Part shown: positions 63,225 to 64,000 of the stretch, in pieces
Layout of the letters: each line of letters begins with the position of its first letter
How positions within the stretch are numbered: position 1 is the first letter of the stretch
Assembly (NCBI GenBank): GCA_003971905.1
Contig: RSEE01000052.1
Span: forward strand, 62,001-126,000
Reading direction: 5' to 3'
DNA: 64,000 nt
Origin: Moniliella sp. 'wahieum'
Taxonomy: Eukaryota
Position numbers and translations under genes: made by a program
Notes under the pieces: generated by a model
Told to the model about the DNA's origin: nothing
Database searches by the model: none
Seen by the model: only the letters and a program-made list of their open reading frames with translations

Positions 63225-63990
63225 ACCTGCGTATTAGGCCTGGGTTCCTGAGTGCCTGAGTCTCAGGCCCGAGGGCGTCTTCTTCAGCCCTTTCAGCCTT
63301 ATAAGCTTCAGAGCGCTCAGCCTTGTCAAGCTTCAGGCTTATATTCATTAATCATTCTTCAAGCTCTTCAATAAGCTTCAAAAAGCTTCACTAGTCACTA
63401 GTCACTAGCCACTAGCCACTAGCTTCACTAGCGTCATCGATCAACGTAATAGCAGGTTACCGGTTATGCTTGACTAATATATGCACCACGCGGTGCAGTC
63501 TGTGCACATCCAGCACATCCTCCTTCTCTGGAGTCCTCATGCACTCATGTATATACTCAGTACTCAGTCGAGTGCTATTATAAGTACTAATAATAATCGA
63601 TCAATCAAAACGGTTCTCTATTCTCACTTAATTTTTGTTTTACCAATCTCTTCGTGTGCCTTAAAACGTTAAGTCATGATGCATGAAGAAAAGACCGCGC
63701 GCTACCCCTGCTTCCCCTCGTCAAGGAGAGTCCGGCTCTTCCGGTTACTTCGTCACCAAAATACTCTTGACAAGTCAGTGACTAGTGACTAATGAACGGT
63801 GACCAGAGGACGCTAGTAAAGCTTAGCTGGAAGCTCGAAGCTCGAAGAGCTTGAGGCCAGAGGCTCAGGCCTGAGGCTAGCTTGAACCTATAATAGCTTG
63901 AAGTTTGAAGTCGCTGGTACTATATTGTTCGCTTCAGCTGTCACTCATGTCACATGCCATGTCACGCGTCATCACACGTAACAAGTACTC
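63225..63990. repeat. Dense cluster of 7-bp-period palindromic arrays (AAGCTT, ACTAGT, AGGCCT, AGTACT, ACATGT cores)
   Basis: e.g. cttcactagtcactagtcactagccactagccactagcttcactag; tcagtgactagtgact; gctcaggcctgaggc; gtcacatgccatgtcacgcgtca. Confidence 0.8.
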
Positions 63991-64000
63991 AGAATTATTG

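Overview
GC-rich eukaryotic DNA from a basidiomycete fungus, probably Ustilaginomycotina-like, judged from short GT..CTRAC..YAG introns and the protein families present. Nearly every gene, including essential ones, is broken by single-base indels. This looks like an unpolished long-read assembly, so gene ends are approximate. Recognisable genes: a PQ-loop protein, head-to-head IDH2/IDH1, Vps21/Rab5, thioredoxin reductase, a VOA1/BIG1-like protein, a histidine-phosphatase + Bit61/PRR5(HbrB) fusion, a tail-anchored thioredoxin, malate dehydrogenase, a second histidine phosphatase, a Zn2Cys6 TF, RPS26, a TRIR/C19orf43-like protein, a small Gln-rich protein and a Crz1-like C2H2 TF. Mobile DNA: one full-length CRE-clade (RT + RLE) non-LTR retrotransposon, a 5'-truncated copy, and a 436-bp internally deleted non-autonomous derivative with its own TSD. 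The most unusual structure is palindromy at three scales. (i) A ~2.8-kb inverted repeat pair with near-identical cores, each carrying an orphan ORF, encloses a ~7-kb two-gene segment between TRR1 and thioredoxin. (ii) An older ~0.7-kb inverted repeat pair lies at 51-55 kb. (iii) Dozens of intergenic 7-bp-period arrays follow one grammar, (A-[4-bp palindrome]-T-N)n, with many different cores. Comparison of duplicated segments suggests these arrays were inserted de novo.
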